Origin: Podarcis vaucheri
Taxonomy: Eukaryota
Reading direction: 5' to 3' (one strand)
NCBI GenBank assembly: GCA_965113315.1
Contig: OZ220374.1
Length of the DNA: 64,000 nt
A program made the translations under genes and the position numbers. This document shows, one piece after another, positions 1 through 12,780 of the stretch. The stretch's first letter is position 1. Every line of letters begins with the position of its first letter. The notes below the pieces were generated by a model. That model did no database searches and was not told the DNA's origin. It saw nothing but the letters and a program-made list of their open reading frames with translations.

Positions 1-123
1 AATATGCAGACTGAAACACAGCCATCCTTTGCACTTTGCATTTCTCTGAATTTCGCAACACAATTCTCTAGCCAAGTAGTATGGACAAAAATGCATATGA
101 TAGGGTAAAGTGCGAATATAAAT

Positions 124-362
124 TAGGGTTGCCATATTTCAAAAAGTGAAAATCCGGACACAAAAGTTGTTAAGATTTTTTGGCAAAGTTGCAAAAAAAA
201 AAAAAGTATTCAAAAGCAATTTTTAAGGAAAATCGACAAAAACAACATGGGTTGCCATACGTCCAAATTTTCCTGGACATTTTCACGATTTACACCTGGA
301 CACTGCTTCCAACTACAGTATTCCATATATGTCCAGGAGATTCTGGATGTATGGCAAACCTA
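124..362. mobile_element. MITE with TAGGGTTGCCATA TIRs inside an older interspersed repeat
   Basis: TAGGGTTGCCATA ... TATGGCAAACCTA termini. The host repeat recurs at about 43060-43380 and about 50010-50340. Confidence 0.65.
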
Positions 363-1879
363 AAAATGTATATATTATTGAAAATAACATAGAAAATGCT
401 TGCAAAAGTGTATATATTTGTCAAACCTGCATTTCAAAAATTTGGTTTTTTGAGAAGGTCCACTGTCTCCTTATCTGTGCTGTGTATACTTTTGATATTT
501 TCATATTAATGGCCCTCTGCAGCACATTATGAAACCATTAGTCCACTGAATATCATCATCATCATCATCATCACCATCATCACCATCAGTCATTCACCAT
601 AAGGTCCCAGGGTGTATTACAGCAACGTACAAATGCAATAGTTAGTCAGGCTGATGGAAGTTGTCTTCTCAAACATCTGGAGTGCAGCAGGTTGGTGAAG
701 ACTAGTGGAGGCAATATTTGGCTAGATGAACCAATGCGTCCATTTGTGCAACTGTTGATGGACCACGTAGTGGCTCTCCAAGGTTCCAAGTAGAGAGCTC
801 TTTCCCAGTTGTTCTACCCTAAGATCCTTAAGTCAAGATCAATCCAGAGATGCCAGAGACTAAACCTGAGACCTTCTGCAGGCAAGGCGGATGATCTGCC
901 ACTGAGCTTTGAGTGGGAACTTGAACCTTGGAAGAAATCCAGGCACTAGCTGATCCACAGCTGAAGTGGGAAAGTAGGGTTCATGACTTCAACATGATTC
1001 ACTACATGGAGGAGAACTACTGCCGCTGAAAGCCACTGCGATGTATCATCAAGAGAAGCAGTATGAGGACCTTGTCAGGCAGCGATTTCGTCTCATTAGA
1101 CCCTGTCAATGCCTTTTGTCAATATATGCCTGGGCAGAACTTTGCAGTGATAGATTATATGAATGTGCCAGGTTTGGAACATTGCTCTTAATAATTATTG
1201 GTATGAGACGTTAAAGATGGCTTCTTTGAGATCATTAACCATGCAAGCTGTCAATCCACAAGGCTTTTTCATGCACCTAAGCAAAGTTCCTCCAAAGGGA
1301 CACTGCAAAAAGCATAGTAAAGGAAGAGAAGCCAAGTCAGTTTTCAGATTTTGCCCCAACTATGTTCCAAAGGCACAGGCTGGGTTACAATGAGGACGTA
1401 AAGAGAGCCCTGCTGGGTTAAACTGACGTCCACTATCCCGCTTTCTACAGTGGTCAGTCAGATGCCTCTGAGAATCTCAGAAACAGGGCTTGAAGAAAAT
1501 AGCCCTCACCCACTGTTGCTCTACAGCAGGCTTCCAGATATTTTGAGACTACAATTCCCATCATCCCTAACCACTGGTCCTGCTAGCTAGGGATCATGGG
1601 AGTTGTAGGCCAAAAACATCTGGAGGGCCGAGGTTGAGAAAGCCTGCTCTATACCAGTTGGCATTCTAGCAGCAAACAGTGACTGAATACAGATGTTATG
1701 ACTAATAGCCACTGGTGGAGGTGTCTAAACTGTATTTATTTGTTCAAATCAGCATGAATATTGGAAAGCGGGCATCAGCAAAAAGGGTTTGTTGTTGAAG
1801 GCAACCTGATGAGCATCCTAAGAACATAGCAAATGACCTTATGCTGAGTGAGGCCATCGGTCAATCTAGCTCACTGTTG

Positions 1880-2117
1880 AGTCTCTTGGGCCTGCTGGTC
1901 AAAAGGTCAGCAGTTCAAATCCCCATGACGGGGTGAGCTCCTGTTGCTCTCTTCCAGCTTCTGCCAACCTAGCAGTTTGAAAGCATACCAGTGCAAGTAG
2001 ATAAACAGGTACCACTGCGGCGGGAAGGTAAATGGTGTTTCTGTGTGCTCTTGTTTCCGTCATGGTATTCCGTTGCACCAAAAGCGGTTTAATCATGCTG
2101 GCCACATGACCCAGAAA
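1880..2117 (+). mobile_element. Older/diverged Sauria SINE fragment
   Basis: Shares GGGGTGAGCTCC..GCCAACCTAGCAGTT..GTGCAAGTAGATAAA..ATGCTGGCCACATGACCC with the young copies. Confidence 0.8.
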
Positions 2118-2370
2118 ACAACCTTTATTCTGCTTCCTGCACTGCAGGGGGTTGGACTTGATGACATTTTGGGTCCCTTTTGCACTTTACAATTGTATGA
2201 TGCTATGATCCCCTGAGCCCCTCCAATGCATTCTAGACATATAGCTCTTGATGAGAGCAGTGGACCTCTAGAGGTGTGGCTTCAATAAACATCATCTATG
2301 CAAGTATTGTCCAGATTGCATTGCAGTGGTAGTATGGTATCATGCTGCCCAAGCAACTTTTTTTGGATAG

Positions 2371-2419
<49 letters not shown>
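2371..2419. repeat. (ATA)n microsatellite
   Basis: Perfect trinucleotide run. Confidence 0.95.
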
Positions 2420-2422
<3 letters not shown>

Positions 2423-3499
2423 GGGGCCAAAAAAGATGAGGGCATTTCTGAATTGCTGCCCAAATGCAATTACCGATTAAAATTGACTAAATCTTCCAAA
2501 CAAATCTGAGCAATGCATTAGTTGTCACATTACCCTCGATTTGAGCCACACTGCTGTAATTACTCAGAAGGTATCACTGCCTCAAAAAGTTAATGTAATT
2601 TGTGGCAATCCCTGCTTTCCACTTGCTGTGACTGGATGCTTTTGCTGAGGTTCTTGAACAGCTCTCTGCTTGCATTAAGGTATCACATTCTATTCCCTTA
2701 GACTAAATATAAGAAAAAAGAGAGAATTTCAAGACCAAACCTGGGACATATCTCATGCCCAGCTGCTTCTGAACAAAACAAAGGGAACCCTTCTGTGGGC
2801 AGTCTGAGGATAATCTCCTCTTAATATTAAGAGATTTTAATATTTTTAGGATGCCTGCAACAAGCATTAATCAATAGTCAAATCAATGAAATCACTTTAG
2901 TTGGATAATTGCAGAAAGGCCAATTTTCATTGATGGGCCTTGAGAGAGTTAAGGACACACTTGTTTAATGTTGACGTTATTATGAATCTTTTAGGCTGGT
3001 GAGCGGCAACCTGCAGCCCTCCACATATTGCTAGATTACAGCTCCCATCATCCCTGACCATTGGCCATTCTGGCAGGGGCTGATGGGAGTTGGAGTGCAA
3101 TTTTTGGAGGGCCATAGTTTCCCTGTCCCATTTTTGTGCTATTGCACTAGGGAATGAAAAAGGCAACATAACAGAGGGCCTCTCCCACTAGCAGTGAACA
3201 ATATCTTTTTTAAAAGGGGAATTACCTCCCACTTTCTTCCTACTCTCAAATGCCCCTTCGAATTGGCAGGGATGTTTCTAAAACCAATGCAAAACTGTTA
3301 AGTTCCCTTGTGCTTTTCACTATATTTATGGTACTGAAATGCTGTTTTTCGCATGCTGCCATATTTGCTGTTGTGCTGTTGTTTTATTATGTTATTACGA
3401 AATTGTTCTCGCAATGGCTGGTTTTGAGACGATACATGCTTGTTTTCTTTTCACCAGCTTGAACGTTATTCTTTCTTGTGGAAAAGCAGCATACAAATA

Positions 3500-3957
3500 C
3501 AGTGGACTCTCGGGTTGCGAACGTGATCCGTGCGGGAGGTACGTTCGCAACCCACAGCATCCGCAACCCAAAGTGCTGCGTCTGCACACATGCAGGTTGT
3601 GATTTGGTTCCTCTGAGCATGCGCGAGCGCCAAAACCCTGAAGTAACCCATTCCGGTACAGTGGTACCTCAGGTTAAGTATTTAATTCGTTCTGGAGGTC
3701 TGTTCTTAACCTGAAACTGTTCTTAACCTGAAGCTCCACTTTAGCTAATGGGGCCTCCCGCTGCCGCCGCGCCATTGCTGCGTGATTTCTGTTCTCATCC
3801 CGAAGCAAAGTTCTTAACCCGAGGTACTATTTCTGGGTTAGCGGAGTCTGTAACCTGAAGCATATGTAACCCAAGGTACCACTGTACTTCCGGGTTTCGG
3901 TTTGTCCGTATCCCGAAAATGTACAACCTGAAGCGTCTGTAACCCGAGGTATGACTG
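3500..3957. mobile_element. Tc1/mariner (pogo/Tigger-like) MITE containing a second nested MITE
   Basis: TA|CAGTGGACTCTCGGGTT...AACCCGAGGTATGACTG|TA. A related copy in the opposite orientation is at 54254-54438. Confidence 0.85.
3659..3884. mobile_element. Tc1/mariner MITE (TIR CAGTGGTACCTC), nested
   Basis: TA TSD on both sides. Same family as the copies at 40274, 46027 and 62595. Confidence 0.9.
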
Positions 3958-3987
3958 TATAATTATGAATGAGTGAGTGAGTGAGTG

Positions 3988-4158
3988 CAGGGGCGTAGGA
4001 AGGAGGGGTGGTTGGGGTGGTCTGCCCCGGGTGTAATCCCTGAGGGGGGGTGACAACCCCCCCGGCGCCATCACCCCACCCCCTGGGCAGATCTCCTCGC
4101 CTCCAGGTGCACTGCCTGTGTGCTGGTCTGGGTGCCTGAGCAGCTAGTTCTGCCGCTG
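3988..4158. mobile_element. hAT-type MITE inside a (GAGT)n tract
   Basis: CAGGGGCGTAG..CTGCCGCTG termini with AGTGAGTG on both sides. Confidence 0.55.
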
Positions 4159-4642
4159 AGTGAGTGAGTGAGTGAATACCTCTGTGAGTACCAACGGCTG
4201 GGAATCAGAAATGGGCAGTGAGGAGTTGCAGACAGGATTTGCTTGTGGTTTTCCCACAAGCATCCAGTTGGCCACTGTGAGAACAGATGCTGGGCAATGT
4301 GGCCCTCTGTCCCGATCCAACCCAACACTTCTTATGTTCTTATTAGATGTAGATTTATTAGATGAGTAGCATTCAGATGAATAGCATTCAAAGTGATCTA
4401 CTATGCTTCCATGGATGAACCGTGTTCTCATCCGTCTTGCAATGTAGATAAAATATTCCTTGCAGTCAGCTGTCTTGGACCACTGATCATTACAACCCCT
4501 CACATGCTAATCCATTCATTGCCACGGTTAATATATACCAACAAATTACGATCAAGGCTGGCTCACACTGTGGCTAGTCAGAATTCATGTATTCATAGCA
4601 AAGCATCGGGATGCATATGCCTACCATCAAACATGTGAGACA

Positions 4643-5414
4643 GTGTTAAAATTTACAGAACACTATGGTATAAGAGACAATTGTATGAAAATGTTATATA
4701 GATGGTTCCTAACACCTAGTAGATTGGCAGAAATGTATAAATCAAAATCAGATAAGTATTGGAAATGTAGAGAGAAAGAAGGTACCTTTTTCCATATTTG
4801 GTGGTCTTGCAGTAAGGTTAAGTCTTACTGGGAAATGATATATAATGAACTGAAAAAGATGTTTAAGATAACATTTGTAAAACAAACAAACAAACAAACA
4901 AAAAACAGGAGCTTTTCTCTTGGGATAAAGGGATCAGAGCTACCTAAACAATATAGAAACTTATTTATGTATGCAACTACAGCCGCAAGAATGATATTTG
5001 CATAAAAATGGAAAGAAGTAGTCCTGGCAAGAGAAGAATGACTGCAGAAATTAATAGAATATGCAGAAATGGCAAAACTTGCCGGAAGAATAAGAAATCA
5101 AGATAACAAACTTTTTATTAAGAAATGGAAATGGTTTAGTGAATACCTACAAACAGATCAAGACATTAGCAGGACTATTGTAAAAACTTGCAGTTTTTAA
5201 AAAAGATATAATAGCAGATTTATATTTATTTATTTTTTAAAAAAGAATAGGTTGAGACAATTTGGGATATGCAGGGAAAGACGAAAACAAGTTTAAGGAA
5301 CCCCAGAAAGGGGGGGGAGGAAAGTCAAGATTCAAAATGACTGAATTACTGTTGATAGATGTGTGAAATGTTTTCTTTTTTGTTATAATTGAAAATTATA
5401 AATAAATATAAAAA
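4643..5414 (+). mobile_element. L1-clade LINE 3' fragment (ORF2 C-terminal CCHC region + 3' UTR)
   Basis: YRWFLTPSRL...WKCREKEGTFFHIWWSCSKVKSYW is typical of the ORF2 C-terminus of non-mammalian L1s. Frame is broken. A-rich end with AATAAA. Confidence 0.85.
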
Positions 5415-8136
5415 GTCACCAAACTAAGTAGAATAATCACATATTTTTTTTAAGTGAGTCAGTGTGGTAGCTGAGGCATGCATACATCTGCATCTGCCTG
5501 CCCCCCACAATCCTTCCCTCTAAAAGGGGGTGGATTAGGCATATGTGCATTCAACTGAGATTAAACTGTATCTTGCATACGTGGAAGAGATGTGTGTGGA
5601 AACATGTATTTGTCAAATGCTGCCAAGACTCCGGTTGGGGTTTGTTCTCCCACCCACCCACCTGCAGTAGTATAGTAAACCAACACTTCTTGCAAAACGC
5701 AGAAATTGTTCCATTATCCAATTTCTTAGTCCACAAACCCACCCAGTGTGTGGTTCTAGCAACTTCCAGCCCAGCTGTTGGGCTTTCAAAAGCACAGTCA
5801 CATGGGAACACCCTCCGTTAAAAAGCCATTCCCATTCACATCCCCATATAGGAAAAGGCAACTTTCACACAAACAGGTTGCTAACCTCTCCGCTGAATCC
5901 GGCAAAGTATCTTGAAATGCAAGGGTGTAAATATGTCAAGAGGTGAAAGAAATCATGGAAGCCAGGTTCAGAAATGGTCTGCAAACATACGGGAAGAAGA
6001 AAACCCCAAGACAATCCTGCACATACCTCGCCTGCTACCATGGGCCAGTGAATACAGTGGTTACCATGGCTGGGCAATGGACTTCAGAGAGCAGGCTTTG
6101 TTCCTCCTCCTTACCCAAACAGTGAGTCTTGATCCAGTCTGCAGGTTTGTGTACTTTAGGCAAGCCAACTTTGCCCTGCTAGAGCTAAGAAGATTGTTTC
6201 AGGCTGAATGTAACTCATGCCTTCGGGCTTCTCATAGCATCTCCCTTTTGAGGGATTGTGTGCTGAAGACGTGGTAACATCTCATCGTTCAGAAAATCCA
6301 AAATGTGACCCGGAAAACATTTTTTGTGCCTAACCAAATGCAACTGGAAGCATGACCTGCATGCTAAGCCCACCATTGCTTCCCTCACCAAAGAAGACAA
6401 AGAAGTTAAAATGTAGATCCTAATAATAAACAAACCCTGCTACCAACTATCCTGGGAGGGCTTTTGCCATTTAGCATGCAGAGGAAGCGGTGGCTTCCTT
6501 GAATGTGCATATTGTTACCAGCCAAGGTGCCAACGCCATAGAAGCTCGTGCTTGAGAACATCTTGCAGATGGAGTTGTCAGGGAAAGCAGCGTCTATGGG
6601 TGGACACAGATCATAAACCTTCCAGGATGTTAGCTGAGCCACTGTATCTCTTTGGGAAAGTATAATAGGCTTCTTGGGCCCAAGTAGTTTTCATGTCTCT
6701 CTGCTTTGCTCCATCCTTCCTCATTGTGATTGGCTTCCTGTCCTATAACTCCCCAAACGTCTTGGCAGACTTTTTCTCCGAAACAAAGCACTCCACTTGT
6801 AGGGCTCCCAAACTCCATTCCTCACTCTGGCCCTGGTTCTGCTTAGCTGTACTCTTACCTGTGGGGGTGCTAAATGTTGGCCTCACAGGGTATGGTTGAA
6901 AGACCAAAGTCTGCTCCTATCTTGGCTATATGCTCCAGTCTATCCTTTTGCTTCCCTTCTTGGTTAGACACCTGCAGAGATCCATAACAACCTCCTCTTC
7001 TCTTAACAACCTCTGTTGATAAGGTGGAGCACAGGAAGTCAATCAAAACATCAAAATGTTCACAATTGTGAAACTTCTCTAATCATCCCTAGATCCTCTC
7101 AAATCTTGCCCGACTCACTTCCCCAAACCACCAGAAAGGATCCCAAGCATGGACTTGCTTCTCTAAATCCTACACAGTTACATGCCATCTCCCCTCACAT
7201 CCTACGTTTCCTCCACATCCACACACACCAATATCTTTCCTAGGTTCTGAACTATGCATAAGCCACTCATCCTCAAGCTTCCTTCAGGTGGCTATTGTTG
7301 TGTGGTGAAGTCAACATGCGTGTCGTCACGGGAGAGGGCATGTCTTGTGTGAACATATTAGGGGTACTTTGTGACTTGCTGAGCCTACATATTTCTTGGG
7401 GGGGGGAGGTGAGTGAAGATATTGAGGAACAAAAGCTCGCTACTGTATCATGTGCTGTACAATGGTTGGCACATTTCAGAGGTGCACCAAACACAGCTAA
7501 AAGCTATAGCATTCATTTTTACTAGTCTTCTGCAAAAGTTATTACCTGACATTTTGTATTAGTCACTCTAATTAACATCCTGAAATAATGTAATATTTTG
7601 AGTCAGGAATGTTAAAGAGCAAATGTTGTACAGTGGGTAGCATATTGGAATTGGACCAAGGAGAAGGTGCGTGAAGATCACTGGGAAACCTTGGTCCAGT
7701 TACTTTCTCTTTTTCTAACTTCTCAGGGTTATTGTGAGGATAAAATGGGTTGTGTCTGTGGGTGTCTCTTTTATCACTGTTATGAAAGAACCATTTGGCT
7801 ACCGTCAGTAAGGATAGCACATTAATACTTACTATGACTCCACTGAATAGTCTCCCTTTTTAGTTTTCAAAAACAGAAATTTCAGTTGAATAGAAATATA
7901 TCCTGAAGAAGACTTCAGTTATTTGAATATCAGTCTCTCTCTCTCCCTCTCTCTCTCTCTCCCCCCCTCTTGAACAGTGTTGTTGACTTTTCCTCTTACT
8001 GTTGTATATTCCTCATCTCTTGGGTCATCGTAGCCAACCAAGGATCACATAGGCCAAAAAAGGAAGACATGTTTTGAAACTCTCAAAAAATATTGTGAAA
8101 AAATTGTGAATAGTGAGCATTAAAACTAATCTTTAA

Positions 8137-8461
8137 GGGATGCGGGTGGCGCTGTGGGTTAAACCACAGAGCCTAGGACTTGCCGATCAGAAGGTCGGCG
8201 GTTCGAATCCCCGCGACGAGGTGAGCTCCCGTTGCTCGGTCCCTGCTCCTGCCAACCTAGCAGTTCAAAAGCACGTCAAAGTGCAAGTAGATAAATAGGT
8301 ACCACTCCGGCGGGAAGGTAAACAGTGTTTCCGTGTGCTGCTCTGGTTCGCCAGAAGCGGCCTAGTCATGCTGGCCACATGACTCGGTAGCTGTACACCG
8401 GGTCCCTCAGCCAATAAAGCGAGATGAGTGCCGCAACCCCAGAGTCTTCCGCGACTGGACC
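8137..8461 (+). mobile_element. Sauria SINE (Podarcis-type), 3'-truncated
   Basis: Head GGGATGCGGGTGGCGCTGTGGG with B-box GGTTCGAATCC. 14-bp TSD TTAAAACTAATCTT at 8120-8133 and 8462-8475. Confidence 0.92.
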
Positions 8462-9466
8462 TTAAAACTAATCTTGTTGGTGAAGAAAATAATAATTTGG
8501 AGATTAAGCTTCTGGCATGGTTCTTTCGTGCTAAATTTTACACAGCTGGGCACAACTCATTAAGAAATGATCGCACTCATGTCCCATTGAAATAAATAAG
8601 AGCTGCTCAAGGCCATTCATGTGCCTCTTTCACAAATCCCATTCACTTCAATGGAGCATGTACTGGAGACATTCCCAAAGGATTGTGCCCAGTGTTAATA
8701 CATTGCTTTCACTTGAAATGAGAGAAGAATCTGGCCCAAGCTCTTTTCATGATAAATATCACAGTTTTTTAAAGGTTCCAAAAATCCAGCTTTAACACTC
8801 ACTTAAAGTGATAATTGTTATCTATAGGAGGTGAGTGCAGAAGGAGTGTTTCTTAGGAGAGCAATTAAACTCCAGTCTTAGAGCTACACAAATATAGTGT
8901 CTGGGGTTGCCCCCTCCCTCTGCAGAGAAACCATCTTCATCCACCGTGTTGCCACTGCATTCATAAAAGCAAATTACATCAAGGCATTGAACCTTAGAGA
9001 GTTTAAAAATAAGACTTTTGCAAACTCCACTACAAGGGAAGATGCTCCAGCGCCTCTCCCTGCCCTTAAATAATGCAAAGTAATAGGCTACCAGTTCAGT
9101 TATTTTAAACTAAAACAGATAAAAATAGATGAGATCTCTCATCTTTTTTTATTACCGAATCATGATGTGGAATAATGAAGGCAAAGTATAGCTGCTGAGG
9201 TCTTTCACAGTTGGGCTTACCCAAGGGGCGGGGTGGGGAGACTCTTGCAATGATGCCGTCAGGCTCACAGTGGAAATTCACTGGGAAAATGAGCAATGAG
9301 GTTTGATGGGGCAACCTGTTGAGTCCCACCAAAGCCACCAGGTTCAGTTCAGATGAACCTTTCTATAAGGTCTTTCCACCTTATTCCACCATGTGTCGTG
9401 CGCTGAGGCTACAGAGAGGAAAGAGATGCCAGCTTTCCAGAAGTATTGCACAGCAGTAGCCCAGAA

Positions 9467-10035
9467 GTGATGGTGACAGCAGCCACAAAATTAAAAGACG
9501 CCTGCTTCTTGGGAGAAAAGCAATGACAAACCTAGACAGCATCTTAAAAAGCAGAGACATCACCTTGCCGACCAAGGTCCGTATAGTTAAAGCCATGGTT
9601 TTCCCAGTAGTGATGTATGGAAGTGAGAGCTGGACCATAAAGAAGGCTGATCACCGAAGAATTGATGCTTTTGAATTATGGTGCTGGAGGAGACTCTTGA
9701 GAGTCCCATGGACTGCAAGAAGATGAAATCTATCCATTCTTAAGGAAATCAGCCCTGAGTGCTCACTGGAAGGACAGATCCTGAAGCTGAGGCTCCAATA
9801 CTTTGGCCACCTCATGAGAAGAGAAGACTCCCTGGAAAAGACCCTGATGTTGGGAAAGATGGAGGGCACAAGGAGAAGGGGATGACAGAGGATGAGATGG
9901 TTGGATAGTGTTCTCGAAGCTACCAGCACGAGTTTGACCAAACTGCGGGAGGCAGTGGAAGACAGGAGTTCCTGGCGTGCTCTGGTCCATGGGGTCATGA
10001 AGAGTCGGACACGACTAAATGACTAAACAACAACA
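9467..10035 (+). mobile_element. BovB (RTE-clade) LINE 3' fragment
   Basis: ORF MTNLDSILKSRDITLPTKVRIVKAMVFPVVMYGSESWTIKKADHRRIDAFELWCWRRLLRVPWTARR is the BovB ORF C-terminus. 3' end GAGTCGGACACGACTAA..(CAA)n. 9-bp TSD AGCCCAGAA at 9458 and 10036. Confidence 0.95.
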
Positions 10036-11589
10036 AGCCCAGAAATGTGGATTGTTCCATAGTGTATGTGTTTTGTACCCATTTCTCTTTAATTTCAGAA
10101 AACTCATTAGACTGACTATAGCTAGGCTGCAAAGGGTGAAGAACTAAGTTGAGCTCTTCAACTTTAGAAGCAGGTGGTCCATAGGAAAGGTGGTCTTGTT
10201 TCCATTGTTCTCAATCACTCTAAAGCGCTCTGGAGGCATCATAGCCCAGGATGGTTTCCAATATGGTACCCTTCAGATGGTGTTTGGCAACAGCTCCCCT
10301 AAGCCCCAGCCAACATATGAAGGACACCACATTGGCAAACCCTGTCCTAGCCAATCAAGAAATACAAAGAAAGCAGGATGATATTACATGGTTGTGTGAT
10401 ATCTGCTGTGGATCCCCAGAAACAAAAGAAGTCCAGGTTGCCAAATGCTTGAGCAGAGCTTCCTTCCAGAGTCCTAATGCTCAGACAACAGCAAGTTGAT
10501 TTGGAGAACAGCAGAGATCACACGAACTTAAGAGTACCACAAGGTCATGTGACTCAAGTCTCTTCCTTATCACTGGTGGAGAATGGCTGCTGCTACCATT
10601 TCCATGACCATCTTCACCCTAGTAAAAATCTTCATGTCTTCATAGCCTACAGACTGCTTCATCCGAGGTGGTGCCACCTCATGTTGCCTTTTGCTAATAG
10701 GAGAGTCAGTGTGATGTAGTGCTGGACTAAGAACTAAGGAGACCCAGCTTCACTTTCTACCTAGACATCCAGTTCACTGAATGAGCTTAGGCCAGCCACT
10801 GTCTCTCAGCATAATCTCCTTCACAAGGTTGTTGGGTGAGGAAAGAACAAGGCAAATCCACCTGATTAAACGTGATAAGGCCGCCTCCACATAATGCTCA
10901 GCATTCTGAAGACCCAACAATTACCAGGTCTTGCAGAGCATCTTTCAATGCACCCTTTTGCACAGTGCCTTGCACAGTGCTTTGCAAGCACCACTGATCA
11001 GCTGATCTGCAGTATCTGCAAACCCCACCCCCTGCTTTTGGCTCAAGCAGATTTTTCACCTGTAGGGCAGATGGGCTTGGCTTGGCCAAAATACCTCACC
11101 CCCAATGGGCCCTGATAAGCCCTGCAGGCTGGAGGTCTCCCACCACTGTCTTGAAAGATGAGCAGTGCAGAAAACGCTGCACTGGAGAAAGAGAAAATGA
11201 AGAGCTTTTCAAATACCTGAAGGATTGATACTTAGAAGGCAGCAAAGCAGGTTTGGGAGGTGGGTTGTTATCCAAGAAAACTATTCATTTTTTTTCCTGG
11301 GTACCTGGGAAGGTGGTTCCAGGAAATGGTATTAAGGCACATGATTATTCTTTTTCCTTTTTTCCTTTTGGGACTTTTTTAGGTTCCTGAAACTCAGTAG
11401 TTCTGGGTCTAGTCAATGCCTGGACAAGAGAAACTCATAGTAGGTTGGTTAGCTATAATGTGGCCTCCAGCTGAGTATTCTCCGTTTAATTAAGCTCCAC
11501 CCCTATGTACAGAAGGCAGGCACTACAACTGTACACATTCCAGTGCTTCTTAAAACTCTGAGTTCTCTCGCTTCTGATCCTGCTGACCA

Positions 11590-12193
11590 TGACTGCGATC
11601 CAGCAAAGCCCTTCCCGACAGCCCTACCAGAGAGGACGAGGACGCGCATCCTTCGCGCATCCCCAAAGGAGGACGAGGCGGGCCCTGCGCGCTGTGCTCG
11701 CTGGAGAGGGAATCTCCTTGCGCACCAAGAGGAGGGAAAGGCGGACCTCGCGCGGGAGGATGGCCAAGGTGCCACTCTCCTCGCCCCGAGCGTAGAAAGG
11801 ACCCGGCTGCGCGCAACGGAGAGGGAATCTTTTGCTTTCTGTTCGTATGGCCGTCCGGCCCAGGATGTCGTGCTGCCTGAGGAAATGCTACCCAGTCAAG
11901 GTGCAACCAAGAGGCCCCAAAGCCAGTCAGGTGGTACGGGTCCCTGAGACAGACAAGCCCACAAAGCGCCCCGTTGCCTAGAAAAGGACCCTTCTGTGCC
12001 GGAGCCATTTGATTCCAGATGGCTTGGGTGCAGCAAAGCAAGTTGAATAGGGAAGGAAAGGCACTCTGCACATTCCCCAAAGCACGCACATCTGCTTGTC
12101 CATTGGGCCATCGATCGGGCTTGGGAATGTCTACACGGACTGGCGGCGGCTCTCCAGGGTTTCAGGCAGGAATCATTTCCAAGCCGCCCTGGA

Positions 12194-12227
<34 letters not shown>

Positions 12228-12780
12228 ATTATTATTATTCCCTTCTGTTCGCAAGGCAGGAGCTGTGCCACTGAGCTAAGGCACTTCCCGGCGGATTTCC
12301 CCATAGCTTGGAAAGGGTAGCCTGGCAGCGCCGCTGTGCGCCATAAGGGCGCTTAAGAGCGCACGCTTTTGGAAGCGGAACCTCTCGGAGGGCGCTGCTG
12401 TAAACTCCCCGGCCTGATTGCCAAGGAGAGACCCTGGCATGGGAGGGACGAGGGAGCTTCCCGGGACGAGTATGCTCTGCCCAGGCCCCGGGAGAAACTT
12501 CGCAGGTCACCAGACTAGCCCCCGCGCCCCGCGCCATCCTGCTACGGCTGCTCCAAATAAAAGGCGCGCCGTGGCCAGGGAGCCTCCTACCGTTTCGGGA
12601 AGGAACTGGCAGGCAGGGACCTGGGAGAAAGCGAGGGGTCGAAGTGCTGGGAGTTGGGAGATTCCCCCCCCCCCCCACTTCCTCGACTTAATAGAGGGGA
12701 GAAGAACCCGAAGCGACTCCGAGCTTGGCCGTTTCCCCACCAAGGTGGAAATTCAGCAGTGGAAATGAAAGCGATGCTGG
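11590..12780. promoter_or_regulatory. Upstream CpG island
   Basis: Abrupt rise in GC and CpG content (gcgcgc, cgcg) against CpG-poor flanks, about 5-6 kb upstream of the promoter. Judged by eye. Confidence 0.6.
12194..12239. repeat. (GAT)n(ATT)n compound microsatellite
   Basis: Direct reading. Confidence 0.95.

Noticed and set aside
11503-12768. Overlapping 90-179 aa ORFs
   Set aside because: Expected stop-codon scarcity in a CpG island; no domain similarity or coherent splice structure.
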